Shown in pieces: positions 18,825 to 28,417 of a stretch of 46,377 nucleotides of DNA (positions within the stretch are counted from its first letter, which is position 1; each line of letters starts with the position of its first letter). The position numbers and the translations under genes were made by a program. Source of the DNA: a virus (taxonomy: Duplodnaviria; Caudoviricetes); the IMG/VR virus record IMGVR_UViG_3300030372_002499, positions 1-46,377 of that record; one strand, 5' to 3'. The notes under the pieces are model-generated. The model saw only the letters and a list, made by a program, of their open reading frames with translations. It was not told the origin of the DNA and searched no databases.

Positions 18825-21800
18825 TTATCCTTCATAATCTTCTCTATCTTCTCTGTCTTCTCTATCTTCTCTATCTTCTGCTGGAGGAGTATCCTCGTAG
18901 TTTTCAACAACTACATCATCTGCAACAGCAGGCGGAGCTTCTTCAGAAGCCTCCTCTGTGTCTTCACCTCTATCTCTACCATCATCTACAGGTCCAGTCT
19001 CATTTCCAGTTCCAGGTCCTGGATTAACAACATAAATACAACTTCCATCATCCATTGTTGCTCCCGCGTAATAGTTTGTAGCGTTAGGATCAGTACAACC
19101 ATATACAATAGCTGGATATACACACGAACCATCATCAACCGTTGCGTTAGGATCGTAATTTGTAGCAGTTGGATCCATACATCCTGATATTGGCAATATA
19201 CAAGAACCATCATCAACTGTTGCTAGTGGGTTGTAATTAGTCGCGTTTGGATCCATACAGCCAGGAATTATTGGATTAGTTGGTATTATACAACTTCCGT
19301 CATCAATAGTAGCTAATGGATTATAATTAGTGGCATTAGGATCAGTACACCCAAGAATTTCAGTTGGTCTTGGACCGCCACCACCACCGACTACTTGAAC
19401 TATATCAATCATTCCCAGTCCTTGAAAGTTGAAAGCAGCGGTATCTAAAGGATTTTTTGCAGTTCCCTTTACATGGTTAAACCATTTGCCTTCTTTTTCT
19501 ATAAACTCATTTAATGTACCTTCTTGTTTATCTGTGTTCATTGAACTTACGTACCAACCTGGTTTACCTTGTAAGTTATAATAGTCTCCATCTGTCCAAT
19601 TAACACCACCCTGTGTAATAGTTGTAAATTGATCTATTTTAGATTGTGTACCTTCATAATTTAGTGTATTAAAGTTTTTTACAAGACCTGGTTCTTTATT
19701 TAATAACGGTGTTATAGACGATTCTACAAACGCTGGCACGGTATTATAAGCACCTTGATAAAAAGTGTTTCTAGTTTGATTAATATGATGTTTCCAAAGT
19801 CTACCATTTACCATACTGTAATATTGATTTACACTACTAATAGCTACTTCAGGTAAAAACGATTTAAAACTAACCCACCCTTTAGATCTTTCGTTATAAG
19901 TAACAGTTGTTCCTACGTTAACAGTATCAACAGATCCGGCGGTATACATGCAAGATCCATCTTCTACAGTTGCGCTAGGATCGTAGTTTGAAGCGTTTGG
20001 ATCTGTACATCCAAATCTTTGTGGTCCAGCTGATTCACCTCCAGAAGGAGCGGCTGTACGCCCAGCTGTTAAAACCCCTCCTGTTCCCGTTCCAGGTCCA
20101 CCCGCTCCAGGTCCACCCGCTCCAGTGTCTGTGGAAGTAGATCCTCCTGACATATTAAACGTAGTGAATGTAGGACTAGTACGGGTGTCATATCTCCAAC
20201 CTTTTATTATTGATAAATTATAATCACCTTTATGAGAGTCATAGCTACCATATAATCTTTGGGCCACAGGTAAATGATCCCTAAAATAATCATGCATTCC
20301 AGCGTCTGATATAGGAGTTATTCCATCTATAGACAGTCTAATAACCGCGCCTCTTTGTTTGTCCGTAAAGTATGCTCTAAATGACTCAGCAGCAAAAGAC
20401 TCTGGATTTTTAGATATACCGTAATTACCTCTAAAAGGTTGTGCTTCACCTAAAACTCTATTTGTAGATAATAATTGAGTGTTACCATCAGCATTAAATA
20501 ACATATCTTTGTCCACAAATATTTGTATTATCTTATCTTCACATAGTGTAACTAAATCTTTGTCTCTAGCGTACAGTTTTTGTATACTACCGTAAGATGG
20601 CATTAAATCTTTAGTAATTTTTTCTGCTTGTATAAATTGATTTAAATCATTAACACCACTAGTAGAATTATATAAACCTGAATATATTAAACCATGTTTT
20701 CTTCTCTCTTCTTCATATGGCTCTTCTAATACAGTAGAAGCTTTAACACCATTTAATATAAAGCTTTCATTAAAATCATCTCTAATTCTATTAGATTCAA
20801 CGCCGTTACCAAAGCTAAAGCAATTGTAATAAGACAATCCCATTTTATTTTTGTAAGTGTCTTGTTTTATTTTAAATTTAGTAATATAACTTCCAACCGT
20901 CTGTTCTATATTTAGTACTCTAGCAGTTGTATAACCACCGTCTTCTTTCCAAAAAGTTAATGTAGAGTTAATATAATTACCAGCAGAAGCGACAAAACCT
21001 GGATTATTTATTTCTACTATATTACCTTCCCACCCGGCAACTCTAGGATGAAAATCAGCTGTAGTGTTTGCTAAATTAGCTGCTGCAATATTTGGTATAC
21101 TACCCGTTACACTAGAGGTTACTTTACTACCAACCGGACCTAGTAAATGTCCTTTTAAATGTGTTCCCGTTTCTACACGTATAGGCAAAGCATCACTTGC
21201 CTCGTAATATATATTTAAATCTTGTTCTTCTTTAGCTTCTGTTTCAAATATAGCTGGAGAAGTCGGTAGAGTATTAGAACCAGGCTCAATATAGTCGTCA
21301 ACAAATCTAATAACTTGACTAACTTCATGGTCAGCCATTGTTGTTGGAGGGTTGTTATTAGGTGATAAAAAAGTATGGCCACCAGGAAATGAGGTTGAAT
21401 TTAAAGGATCTTTATCAACTTGTAGGATATAACAAACTCTTCTATTGTGTGCTGCTCCAAAGTTTTTAATCGCGTTTTTTAAGTGGTGCCACCTGTTAGC
21501 TATAACACTAGCTCCACCCAAGCTACCTGACTGTAAATTCGATCCTTGCAATTCATCAAAAAAATTCTGTAACTTAATAGCAACACTATTTCCAATCCCT
21601 CCTGATGGATATGTTCCGTAGGTATAACCAGTGTGGAATTGGTTACTACCACCTGTGCCACTTGCCCATCTTACCGTAGGATGCCAAGAAGTATGATTAT
21701 ATAATCTTATTGGATTTGAAGCTCGCTTTATAGTATAAACAGTATCTTGAATATCGTCAACAATTTTAAATCTAGATCCAACTGCCAGTCTGTTTACAAC

Positions 21801-24800
21801 GCTTTGTGCTCCTGGATTTAAATAACCTGGATTCCATTGGTTATCAAAATCTGCTGCCCATGTTGAATCAGCATTATATTTTTGATTATGTTTTTTGTCA
21901 AAATCTGTAACGGTTGGTTCATTCCATATATAATCCATGTGACCCTGCGCGCCATCAATATACACAGTTGACGCTAATATTTTTTGCAAGCCTTTCCAAA
22001 ATAATTCTTGATAATGGTCTTCTATTTTGTTGTTATTTGTATATGGCCACTCGTCTTCTATCCAGTTTTGCAGTTGATTAAAATTACCATCATGTAAATC
22101 TACTCCTGGAGCCATAAATGAAAGATGTATAAAATGACCACCTCCTTCTACTAGTCTATAATAACCAGTATCGTCAAAAGAACCTTGAAACCCAGCTGCC
22201 GCTTGTAGAGCGTTGTTTGCATTTCCCGCGTTGACTGTTGTAAAATCTCCTTCTGATAATTTATAAATATTTTTGCTCCAATGCCTAGGTCCGGTTGCAT
22301 TATTCCCACCACCAGTTGTTCGGTATTTTGACGCTGTAATATCATCATTGGCAGTAACAGCACCAGCTGTAGAGCTATTAGTTAATCCTTGTGCTGGCCC
22401 TATAATACCCTCAAGACCATTTATGTATTGAGTCGCGATAAATGGATTACCTTTTGTTTTTCTTCCTGAATATGCAACATCAAGAGTATTGTCGTCTTGA
22501 GCAGCGACAAACGTTGTGGTATCTATAAACCATCCTTGTTGGCCACCACTAGACTCTCCAAACTTAGTAGCGGCAACCCATTGACTTGCATTTCTAACTC
22601 CAGCTTGGCCGTTACCAAAAGTATTAGGCGTGCCAAACGAGTTTTGAGTCCAGCTACTAACACCGTTCCATATACCATCGTTAGCCCCATTCCCGGGTAC
22701 CCCAACATTACCTTTTTTATCTCGTAAATTAAAAAATACCATTTTTGCTAGAGTAGCAAAATTTAAAGTATCACTAGCTGATGGTACTAAATACGTTTGA
22801 GTAATTGGATTAGAAATAATTTTAACAAAAAATCTACCTTCAAACTCAACCGCATCTTTTTGTTCTAACTTATATACTGTGACATTTAAATTATCATCAG
22901 CATTTAGTACACCCGCACTACTTTCTACCCAACTATCATTTGCTTCTATTACTTTTCTTAGCACTAAATTGTATTGAGGATCACCTCCGTTGTCTCTGAC
23001 GCTAAATCCTGAAACAAAATATTTTTCTGAAGTTATAATCGTACCACCTGTATTAATTGTAAATTGAACAGCTAATCTATCACTTTTAGAAAGATCTTCT
23101 AATGCAAGTCCACCTTCAGACTCCCAAGCGTTTTTATCTATTAATAAACGTTTGACACCCTCTGCTGGATGCGCTGAAATATCTGGAAATAAAGCGGATA
23201 AATCTGGAGCACTTCCACCTCCTGTACCTAAAGATATATATTCGTATTTTATAGTTTCAGGGGCTTCATTTTTTATATCTATTATTTTTATTTTATTTTC
23301 AACTGGAACTATTTGCTCTACGTCTACCTGTTTTTTAATACTAAAGTAATCGCCTTCTTGTATTTTATTTCTATCAGAAGAAGGAAAGGATATCCACAAG
23401 TTGTCATCTCCAGACGCCTTATATACTCGATCTAAAGTAAGATTATAATACTCTCCTGTTGTTTGCTTGATAAAATATTTAAAATAATGAGCCCAAGATG
23501 GTTGACTTCCTTGTAAAGAAACGGTTAATCTTAATGATTTGTCTGCTGTTCCGTTAAACCCAGCTCCAGGATTTTGATCAAAAGGTATATTTATAGAAGC
23601 ATCTTTACTAGTAAATACTGGTGTTTCTCTACCATATTTGTCTCCATATACGATTCCTAAATAGTATTTTCTTAAAGATTTTACCGATCTTCTACCTATA
23701 GAGTTATTAAAAACTGGTTGTACCCCTAAAATATCTCTATCTTCAAAACCTAATGCACCTTCCGGTTTAATAATGGGCTTTGTAGGCGTTCCAGACGTGG
23801 TGGTTAAGTTATAATTCTGCAAGTAATTAGCATAAATAACTCTATTACCAGTTATCTCTTGTGCTAATGCTTTTCTAGGAACGTTATCCCACGGTCTTAG
23901 TATTTGATTATCTGGAAGAGCGGCATATATGTTTTCTACTGTTACTTCATACTCTCCTTTAGTGTTGTAATTATATTGCTCTGTGTGTTGAGAGAGACTT
24001 GTAGTGGCGCCACCAACAGGATAACTTGTTTTTAGTATTGTTTTACCTGTATTTTTATTAAAATAATTTGGAGTTGGATCGTTTATTTTTATACTATCAA
24101 CAGAATATATTGTTGTAGATCTTTCTTTCTTGAATAAAATATCTACTTGTACGGCATCGTCTGGAGCGTCTGCAGGAACTAAATCTTCTAATTTCAAACT
24201 TAAAATAGTGTTTTCCATAGCTAGGTTATATGGATCTCTTGTAGGGTGAAATCCAAATGCTCCGGCAAAAAATACTGGTTGCGTAAATGGTGAAAAAGCA
24301 GAATACTCACCATTTGAATATTTGTATCTAGTACCAAATCTTATAAGTTCTTTTTCAAATATAGGTTCTAAGTCAACTTCTTTAACAACGTCTAATTGAT
24401 AAGGCTGTGGATCAAATGTTCCCTCTATTTCTAATATTTCATATGGAATCTGCCATCCCACCTGAACACCAGATAACAAACCACCAAGACTAACCGCGAT
24501 AAGTGGGCCTGTGACTTTTATTTTAACATCATAAGTTTGTGGTAAATTACCAATAGCATCATTACGAAGTAATAATATTATATCTCCTGCGGCATATGGT
24601 TCGGTTAATTGACCCATAGCGCCAAAATCATAAATCATAAGGGGTCTTACAGTAGGAATAGCAGGAGGGGTAGTTTGAAGAAAATTGTCATCGGTACTCC
24701 CTATTGAAGCACCATGTAAATCAAAACCGGTAGACGCGTTAGTTGGATCGTAAGTATTGTAAATTGGTTGTAAACTTGTTTCGCTTAGTTTAACCGTTGG

Positions 24801-25358
24801 CGCTTTTTGAGGTCGTTTACGTATAACTGTAATATGACTTTCTGTTATAGGCCCTATAGAAGACGATTGTTGTTCAACAAACATATCGCTATGTAAGGTT
24901 AGATCTGTATGGTTATTTCTTTTAAGTTCTGTTATATTTATTCTTCTAGGTTCGTTAATATTATCTGTCCAAAATAATAAATCATCTATTATACTTATAC
25001 CAGTTATAAGGCTATTAACGTCAAACTTTAATACGTCTTTATTTGTATCTACTAATATAGGTGTAACTGTTTGATCGTGATGGAACTCAATAATAGCATC
25101 TGCACTATTACTAGTAACAAACCAATATAAAACATTCTTTTTTTCATCAGATATAGCTCCTACACACGTAAATCCACGGCCTACTATAGTCTCAACGCGA
25201 TCGTTACCTAGTATATTTTGTACCGTTCCAACATCTGCATCTTCAGAAGTAGAAACTTGCACATTCATTGCATCTCTATATTGTCCACTTGGTACTAATC
25301 GCTCATCAAGGTCTTTATTCATTACACCCTTGTCAAACGTGTTTTTAATTTCCGGCAT
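18825..25358 (-). CDS. Tail stabilisation/nozzle (muzzle-like) protein, 2177 aa, with Cys-repeat insertions
   Basis: N-terminus MPEIKNTFDKGVMNKDLDERLVPSGQYRDAMN, plus YGDKYGRET, FGNGVESNRIRDDFN, YGISKNPESF and GWVSFKSF motifs typical of P22-gp10-like stabilisation proteins of Bacteroidota podoviruses; follows the ring proteins. Confidence 0.75.
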   Translation of the reverse strand: MPEIKNTFDKGVMNKDLDERLVPSGQYRDAMNVQVSTSEDADVGTVQNILGNDRVETIVGRGFTCVGAISDEKKNVLYWFVTSNSADAIIEFHHDQTVTPILVDTNKDVLKFDVNSLITGISIIDDLLFWTDNINEPRRINITELKRNNHTDLTLHSDMFVEQQSSSIGPITESHITVIRKRPQKAPTVKLSETSLQPIYNTYDPTNASTGFDLHGASIGSTDDNFLQTTPPAIPTVRPLMIYDFGAMGQLTEPYAAGDIILLLRNDAIGNLPQTYDVKIKVTGPLIAVSLGGLLSGVQVGWQIPYEILEIEGTFDPQPYQLDVVKEVDLEPIFEKELIRFGTRYKYSNGEYSAFSPFTQPVFFAGAFGFHPTRDPYNLAMENTILSLKLEDLVPADAPDDAVQVDILFKKERSTTIYSVDSIKINDPTPNYFNKNTGKTILKTSYPVGGATTSLSQHTEQYNYNTKGEYEVTVENIYAALPDNQILRPWDNVPRKALAQEITGNRVIYANYLQNYNLTTTSGTPTKPIIKPEGALGFEDRDILGVQPVFNNSIGRRSVKSLRKYYLGIVYGDKYGRETPVFTSKDASINIPFDQNPGAGFNGTADKSLRLTVSLQGSQPSWAHYFKYFIKQTTGEYYNLTLDRVYKASGDDNLWISFPSSDRNKIQEGDYFSIKKQVDVEQIVPVENKIKIIDIKNEAPETIKYEYISLGTGGGSAPDLSALFPDISAHPAEGVKRLLIDKNAWESEGGLALEDLSKSDRLAVQFTINTGGTIITSEKYFVSGFSVRDNGGDPQYNLVLRKVIEANDSWVESSAGVLNADDNLNVTVYKLEQKDAVEFEGRFFVKIISNPITQTYLVPSASDTLNFATLAKMVFFNLRDKKGNVGVPGNGANDGIWNGVSSWTQNSFGTPNTFGNGQAGVRNASQWVAATKFGESSGGQQGWFIDTTTFVAAQDDNTLDVAYSGRKTKGNPFIATQYINGLEGIIGPAQGLTNSSTAGAVTANDDITASKYRTTGGGNNATGPRHWSKNIYKLSEGDFTTVNAGNANNALQAAAGFQGSFDDTGYYRLVEGGGHFIHLSFMAPGVDLHDGNFNQLQNWIEDEWPYTNNNKIEDHYQELFWKGLQKILASTVYIDGAQGHMDYIWNEPTVTDFDKKHNQKYNADSTWAADFDNQWNPGYLNPGAQSVVNRLAVGSRFKIVDDIQDTVYTIKRASNPIRLYNHTSWHPTVRWASGTGGSNQFHTGYTYGTYPSGGIGNSVAIKLQNFFDELQGSNLQSGSLGGASVIANRWHHLKNAIKNFGAAHNRRVCYILQVDKDPLNSTSFPGGHTFLSPNNNPPTTMADHEVSQVIRFVDDYIEPGSNTLPTSPAIFETEAKEEQDLNIYYEASDALPIRVETGTHLKGHLLGPVGSKVTSSVTGSIPNIAAANLANTTADFHPRVAGWEGNIVEINNPGFVASAGNYINSTLTFWKEDGGYTTARVLNIEQTVGSYITKFKIKQDTYKNKMGLSYYNCFSFGNGVESNRIRDDFNESFILNGVKASTVLEEPYEEERRKHGLIYSGLYNSTSGVNDLNQFIQAEKITKDLMPSYGSIQKLYARDKDLVTLCEDKIIQIFVDKDMLFNADGNTQLLSTNRVLGEAQPFRGNYGISKNPESFAAESFRAYFTDKQRGAVIRLSIDGITPISDAGMHDYFRDHLPVAQRLYGSYDSHKGDYNLSIIKGWRYDTRTSPTFTTFNMSGGSTSTDTGAGGPGAGGPGTGTGGVLTAGRTAAPSGGESAGPQRFGCTDPNASNYDPSATVEDGSCMYTAGSVDTVNVGTTVTYNERSKGWVSFKSFLPEVAISSVNQYYSMVNGRLWKHHINQTRNTFYQGAYNTVPAFVESSITPLLNKEPGLVKNFNTLNYEGTQSKIDQFTTITQGGVNWTDGDYYNLQGKPGWYVSSMNTDKQEGTLNEFIEKEGKWFNHVKGTAKNPLDTAAFNFQGLGMIDIVQVVGGGGGPRPTEILGCTDPNATNYNPLATIDDGSCIIPTNPIIPGCMDPNATNYNPLATVDDGSCILPISGCMDPTATNYDPNATVDDGSCVYPAIVYGCTDPNATNYYAGATMDDGSCIYVVNPGPGTGNETGPVDDGRDRGEDTEEASEEAPPAVADDVVVENYEDTPPAEDREDREDREDREDYEG
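18838..18879. repeat. 9-bp tandem repeat encoding (EDR)n at the tail-protein C-terminus
   Basis: Unit tcttctcta, about 4.5 copies; protein ends EDREDREDREDREDYEG. Confidence 0.85.
19038..19352 (-). repeat. Four tandem GC[TM]DPxATNYxxxATxDDGSC peptide repeats
   Basis: Directly visible in the translation; a fifth copy lies at 19950-20012. Confidence 0.9.
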
Positions 25359-25361
25359 ATT

Positions 25362-26729
25362 TTAGTGTTTTATCCATTTAGATTTGCCTCTCATCACTTG
25401 AGTAAACTCCTCTATTTTTATATTCGATAATCTTAATTTAGCTTGTCTTATAGCGGCAAATTTTTCTTTTTTAAATCTTGGAACTAATTGCTGTCCAGCT
25501 ATTGTTGTTGATAAAACAGCGTAAGCTATAGACTTGTACATTGCCTCTTCAGCAAATTTATGCACTATCATTTCTTCATCAGTACCCAATCCATCACTTA
25601 TATAATCTAAAACTATAGTCTTACCTGACATGTTAGAGCTAAAATGAATTAATCCTCTTAAGTTATCTATGAAGTAACTCCCATTAGACTGTGCATGAGA
25701 AGGTTCTAATCCATATCTTTGTCCTAAATTAAAATCATAAATATCAGTATCGTAATTAAAAGCTTGAACATCATCGTCAGATTCAGCATCACTATTATAT
25801 CTATTCCAAGTAGTAGAATTTGTATCATTAGAAATAAATCCAACTGTATCTCCAGATCCAATAGCAAAAGAAGCTGGGTGAGATAATTCAACCGTTGAAG
25901 ATCCAACTCCTACAACTTTAATAGCTGAATTTCCATCGTCAACGTCGTTATCATTAACAAATGAAGGATGATTTATAAACATACCTACTTCTATTCCATC
26001 AACGCTAGTCAAGTTTAACTGCGTATCTCCAATATTACCTGTTGCTGTAGTAGTTGTTTCTGTTAACGTACTATGAGCTAGTCTTAGTCCATTTCCTAAA
26101 TAATTAAATCTAGTTATTTCCAATCTTTCATTCGTTGATAATAGAGCATTTTTATCTGAAGCACCAGTTTTGTTTTTTAATGTAATAGATGTTATTCCAG
26201 CTGTTGTAGTAACCAAATGTATATAACTAGCGTTTGGTAAGTTAGGACTAACTACTCTCATTCCATGTACTAATACGTTACTATAGTCTCCATCTAAAAC
26301 TACAACGTTAGAATTTAAAGTTAGAGTTCCTACTGGATCAATTCTATATTCACCATTGCTATTTTGATATAAAGAAGGATAAGGATTTTGAGTGTGTTTA
26401 GTTGGATAAAGAGGTCGTTTAATACCATCACCATCTATCCATAAAACTCTATTATACCCAACATAATCTTGAGGAAGTATCATAGTGTTAGATGGTGGAA
26501 GTAAAATTTCTTGAGTTTTTATAGATCTGAAAGTGTCAAATGATAATTCTTGTATTGATCGTTGAGCATGAAAAGCAACGTCTGTTCTTTTTATTTTTGG
26601 TATTATTTTATGTTCACCAACATAAGCAATCATAAAATTAGTTATGATATCGTCCAAAGATATAAATTGATAACTACCAAAATTATCACCTTCATAATAT
26701 TCTACTTGAGTTTGATTTAGTAAAGCCAT
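25362..26729 (-). CDS. Tail ring/connector protein with an internal beta-rich insertion
   Basis: Conserved-looking ends (YQFISLDDIITNFMIAYVG...LPQDYV; LDYISDGLG...HKFAEEAMY...QAKLRLSNIK) flanking a T/V/G-rich insert; lies between the head genes and the nozzle gene. Confidence 0.65.
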   Translation of the reverse strand: MALLNQTQVEYYEGDNFGSYQFISLDDIITNFMIAYVGEHKIIPKIKRTDVAFHAQRSIQELSFDTFRSIKTQEILLPPSNTMILPQDYVGYNRVLWIDGDGIKRPLYPTKHTQNPYPSLYQNSNGEYRIDPVGTLTLNSNVVVLDGDYSNVLVHGMRVVSPNLPNASYIHLVTTTAGITSITLKNKTGASDKNALLSTNERLEITRFNYLGNGLRLAHSTLTETTTTATGNIGDTQLNLTSVDGIEVGMFINHPSFVNDNDVDDGNSAIKVVGVGSSTVELSHPASFAIGSGDTVGFISNDTNSTTWNRYNSDAESDDDVQAFNYDTDIYDFNLGQRYGLEPSHAQSNGSYFIDNLRGLIHFSSNMSGKTIVLDYISDGLGTDEEMIVHKFAEEAMYKSIAYAVLSTTIAGQQLVPRFKKEKFAAIRQAKLRLSNIKIEEFTQVMRGKSKWIKH

Positions 26730-26732
26730 TTA

Positions 26733-27443
26733 TTATTGTTTTTCTTGTTGAATATTCTTTGTGTCCTCTCCTGATGCTGCTTGATATAATCCTTGATCTT
26801 TTAATGTAAATCCTGCTAAAGTTAATATTTTTAAAACTAGTTCCGTTTCTTCAGATGGGTGCAAGTCGAAATCTTGAGCATCAGCCGCGGTTGCATTGTA
26901 TAAAGCTTTTTCTCCAACAACAACGTAAGTCCAATTTACTTGTCTAGGCGATTGAACGTAATCTATATCTGCCTCTGTTAAAGTATCGTCACCAGCAATT
27001 TGAATAACGCTATTTATTGTATCAATCATATAAATAGGTCTTGTGGCTGTGGGCGTTGTTAATGGGCTGTTCGGAAATAATCTAAAATCTTTTCTACTAA
27101 CACTTTCCATTATGGTATTACCTGATCTGACATTTGAAAGTCTATAAAATCTTGGGAGTGCATTTAAATTACCTGCGACACCATTTGGATTAATAGCTAA
27201 TGCTAAAGTAGCAGTCACTTCAAATACACTTATTTTTTCTTCTAATATATCTACCATATCAGCGTGTGTTGTGCTGTTTCCTGGTATTCTTAAAAATTGA
27301 TTTAAATCGTAGAAGTATTGCTCAAATATATCCATCTGAGCTTGATTAGCGTACAAATTAAATTCTTGAGGAGTTATATAACCTCTTTGTTCTTTATTTG
27401 CAAGAGTTAAAACTCTTTGATATATTCTATCTACGTTTATCAT
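26733..27443 (-). CDS. Head-tail ring (tubular protein A-like) protein
   Basis: LANKEQRGYITPQEFNLYANQAQMDIF N-terminus and DFDLHPSEETELVLKIL C-terminus typical of ring proteins in crAss-like/flavobacterial podoviruses. Confidence 0.65.
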   Translation of the reverse strand: MINVDRIYQRVLTLANKEQRGYITPQEFNLYANQAQMDIFEQYFYDLNQFLRIPGNSTTHADMVDILEEKISVFEVTATLALAINPNGVAGNLNALPRFYRLSNVRSGNTIMESVSRKDFRLFPNSPLTTPTATRPIYMIDTINSVIQIAGDDTLTEADIDYVQSPRQVNWTYVVVGEKALYNATAADAQDFDLHPSEETELVLKILTLAGFTLKDQGLYQAASGEDTKNIQQEKQ

Positions 27444-27456
27444 AATATTTTTTTAT

Positions 27457-27493
27457 TGTAGTTACGATCGCCCCGTAGGGCGACCGCTCTACA
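27457..27493 (-). promoter_or_regulatory. GC-rich intergenic RNA hairpin with a C(UACG)G tetraloop
   Basis: Minus strand UGUAG-A-GCGGUCGCCC-UACG-GGGCGAUCGU-AA-CUACA; followed by an A-tract, not a U-tract. Confidence 0.7.
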
Positions 27494-27499
27494 GTTTGA

Positions 27500-28327
27500 T
27501 TAATTGTTTAATCTTTTTTCTATATTTTGAAATATCTCCATACCTTCATCAGTCTTAAACCAATGTGCTAAAGCAGTATATGGATGCTCATCAAATGGTA
27601 TTGTCATTAACTTTCTGCCATTACTTCCCCATAAGAAGTTTCTTTGATCAGAAGATAATCTTAATATACCGTTTTCAACAGCTCTAATTCCAAAGTTTCT
27701 TAACATCACATTTTCATCATCCGCAAGCTCTAAGAACAACTTAGGATTATTCCTAGCGAACACAAGCAAATCACGTCTAAGCTCCTTAGAACTCAACTTA
27801 GATACCTCAGAACCAACTTCAACACGCATAATAGCTTCTGCCATATCTATATCTATATTTCTAGCCGCTACTAATGCTTCTACTTGTTGTTCTAAAATAT
27901 CTATTTCTTCAGCCGCTAAAACCGCTGGTTTGTACTCTTCGTATACTTTATCTTTATGTGGATGATATAAACTTAAAAGTTTTTGTAAAACTGTTTTAGT
28001 TCTAGGAACAAATAAAGAACCACCTCTAAAGGTAATGTGTGATAATCTTTGATCTCCTTTCATTTCATCAACAAAACAAGTTTGTTGGTTTGCACAGTAC
28101 TTTAATTCTCTTTCAAGTCCTTTTTTCTCGTCAAACCAAAATATACTTCTAGACTTAATTGTCTTAGATAATGGTTTTTTACCTCCTTTTAAATAGTAAA
28201 CTCTATCTTTGATTTCCCATTCGTCTTTTGGTTTAACTCTTTCTCTTGGTTGTTCTACAACCGGAGCAGTTTCTATAACTGTCTCTTCAATTTGAGGTTC
28301 TTTAACCTCTACTTTTTTCTTTGCCAT
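27500..28327 (-). CDS. Conserved hypothetical protein downstream of the major capsid gene
   Basis: 275-aa ORF with AT-rich leader, bounded by hairpins; no catalytic motif recognised. Confidence 0.65.
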   Translation of the reverse strand: MAKKKVEVKEPQIEETVIETAPVVEQPRERVKPKDEWEIKDRVYYLKGGKKPLSKTIKSRSIFWFDEKKGLERELKYCANQQTCFVDEMKGDQRLSHITFRGGSLFVPRTKTVLQKLLSLYHPHKDKVYEEYKPAVLAAEEIDILEQQVEALVAARNIDIDMAEAIMRVEVGSEVSKLSSKELRRDLLVFARNNPKLFLELADDENVMLRNFGIRAVENGILRLSSDQRNFLWGSNGRKLMTIPFDEHPYTALAHWFKTDEGMEIFQNIEKRLNN

Positions 28328-28356
28328 AATATAATATATAATAAAATTAATAAAAT

Positions 28357-28403
28357 AAAAAGAAGGGACGGAGAACGTTTACCTGTATGCCGCCCCCTCT
28401 TTT
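28357..28403 (-). terminator. Intrinsic terminator-like hairpin after the major capsid gene
   Basis: Minus strand AGAGGGGGCGG-(18-nt loop)-CCGTCCCTTCT followed by TTTTATTTT, about 15 nt after the capsid stop codon. Confidence 0.65.
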
Positions 28404-28417
28404 AATATAATAAATGC

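Noticed and set aside
19038-19352. Regularly spaced DNA repeats as a possible CRISPR array or diversity-generating retroelement target
   Set aside because: Repeats are in-frame peptide repeats with synonymous variation; no unique spacers and no reverse transcriptase in the window.
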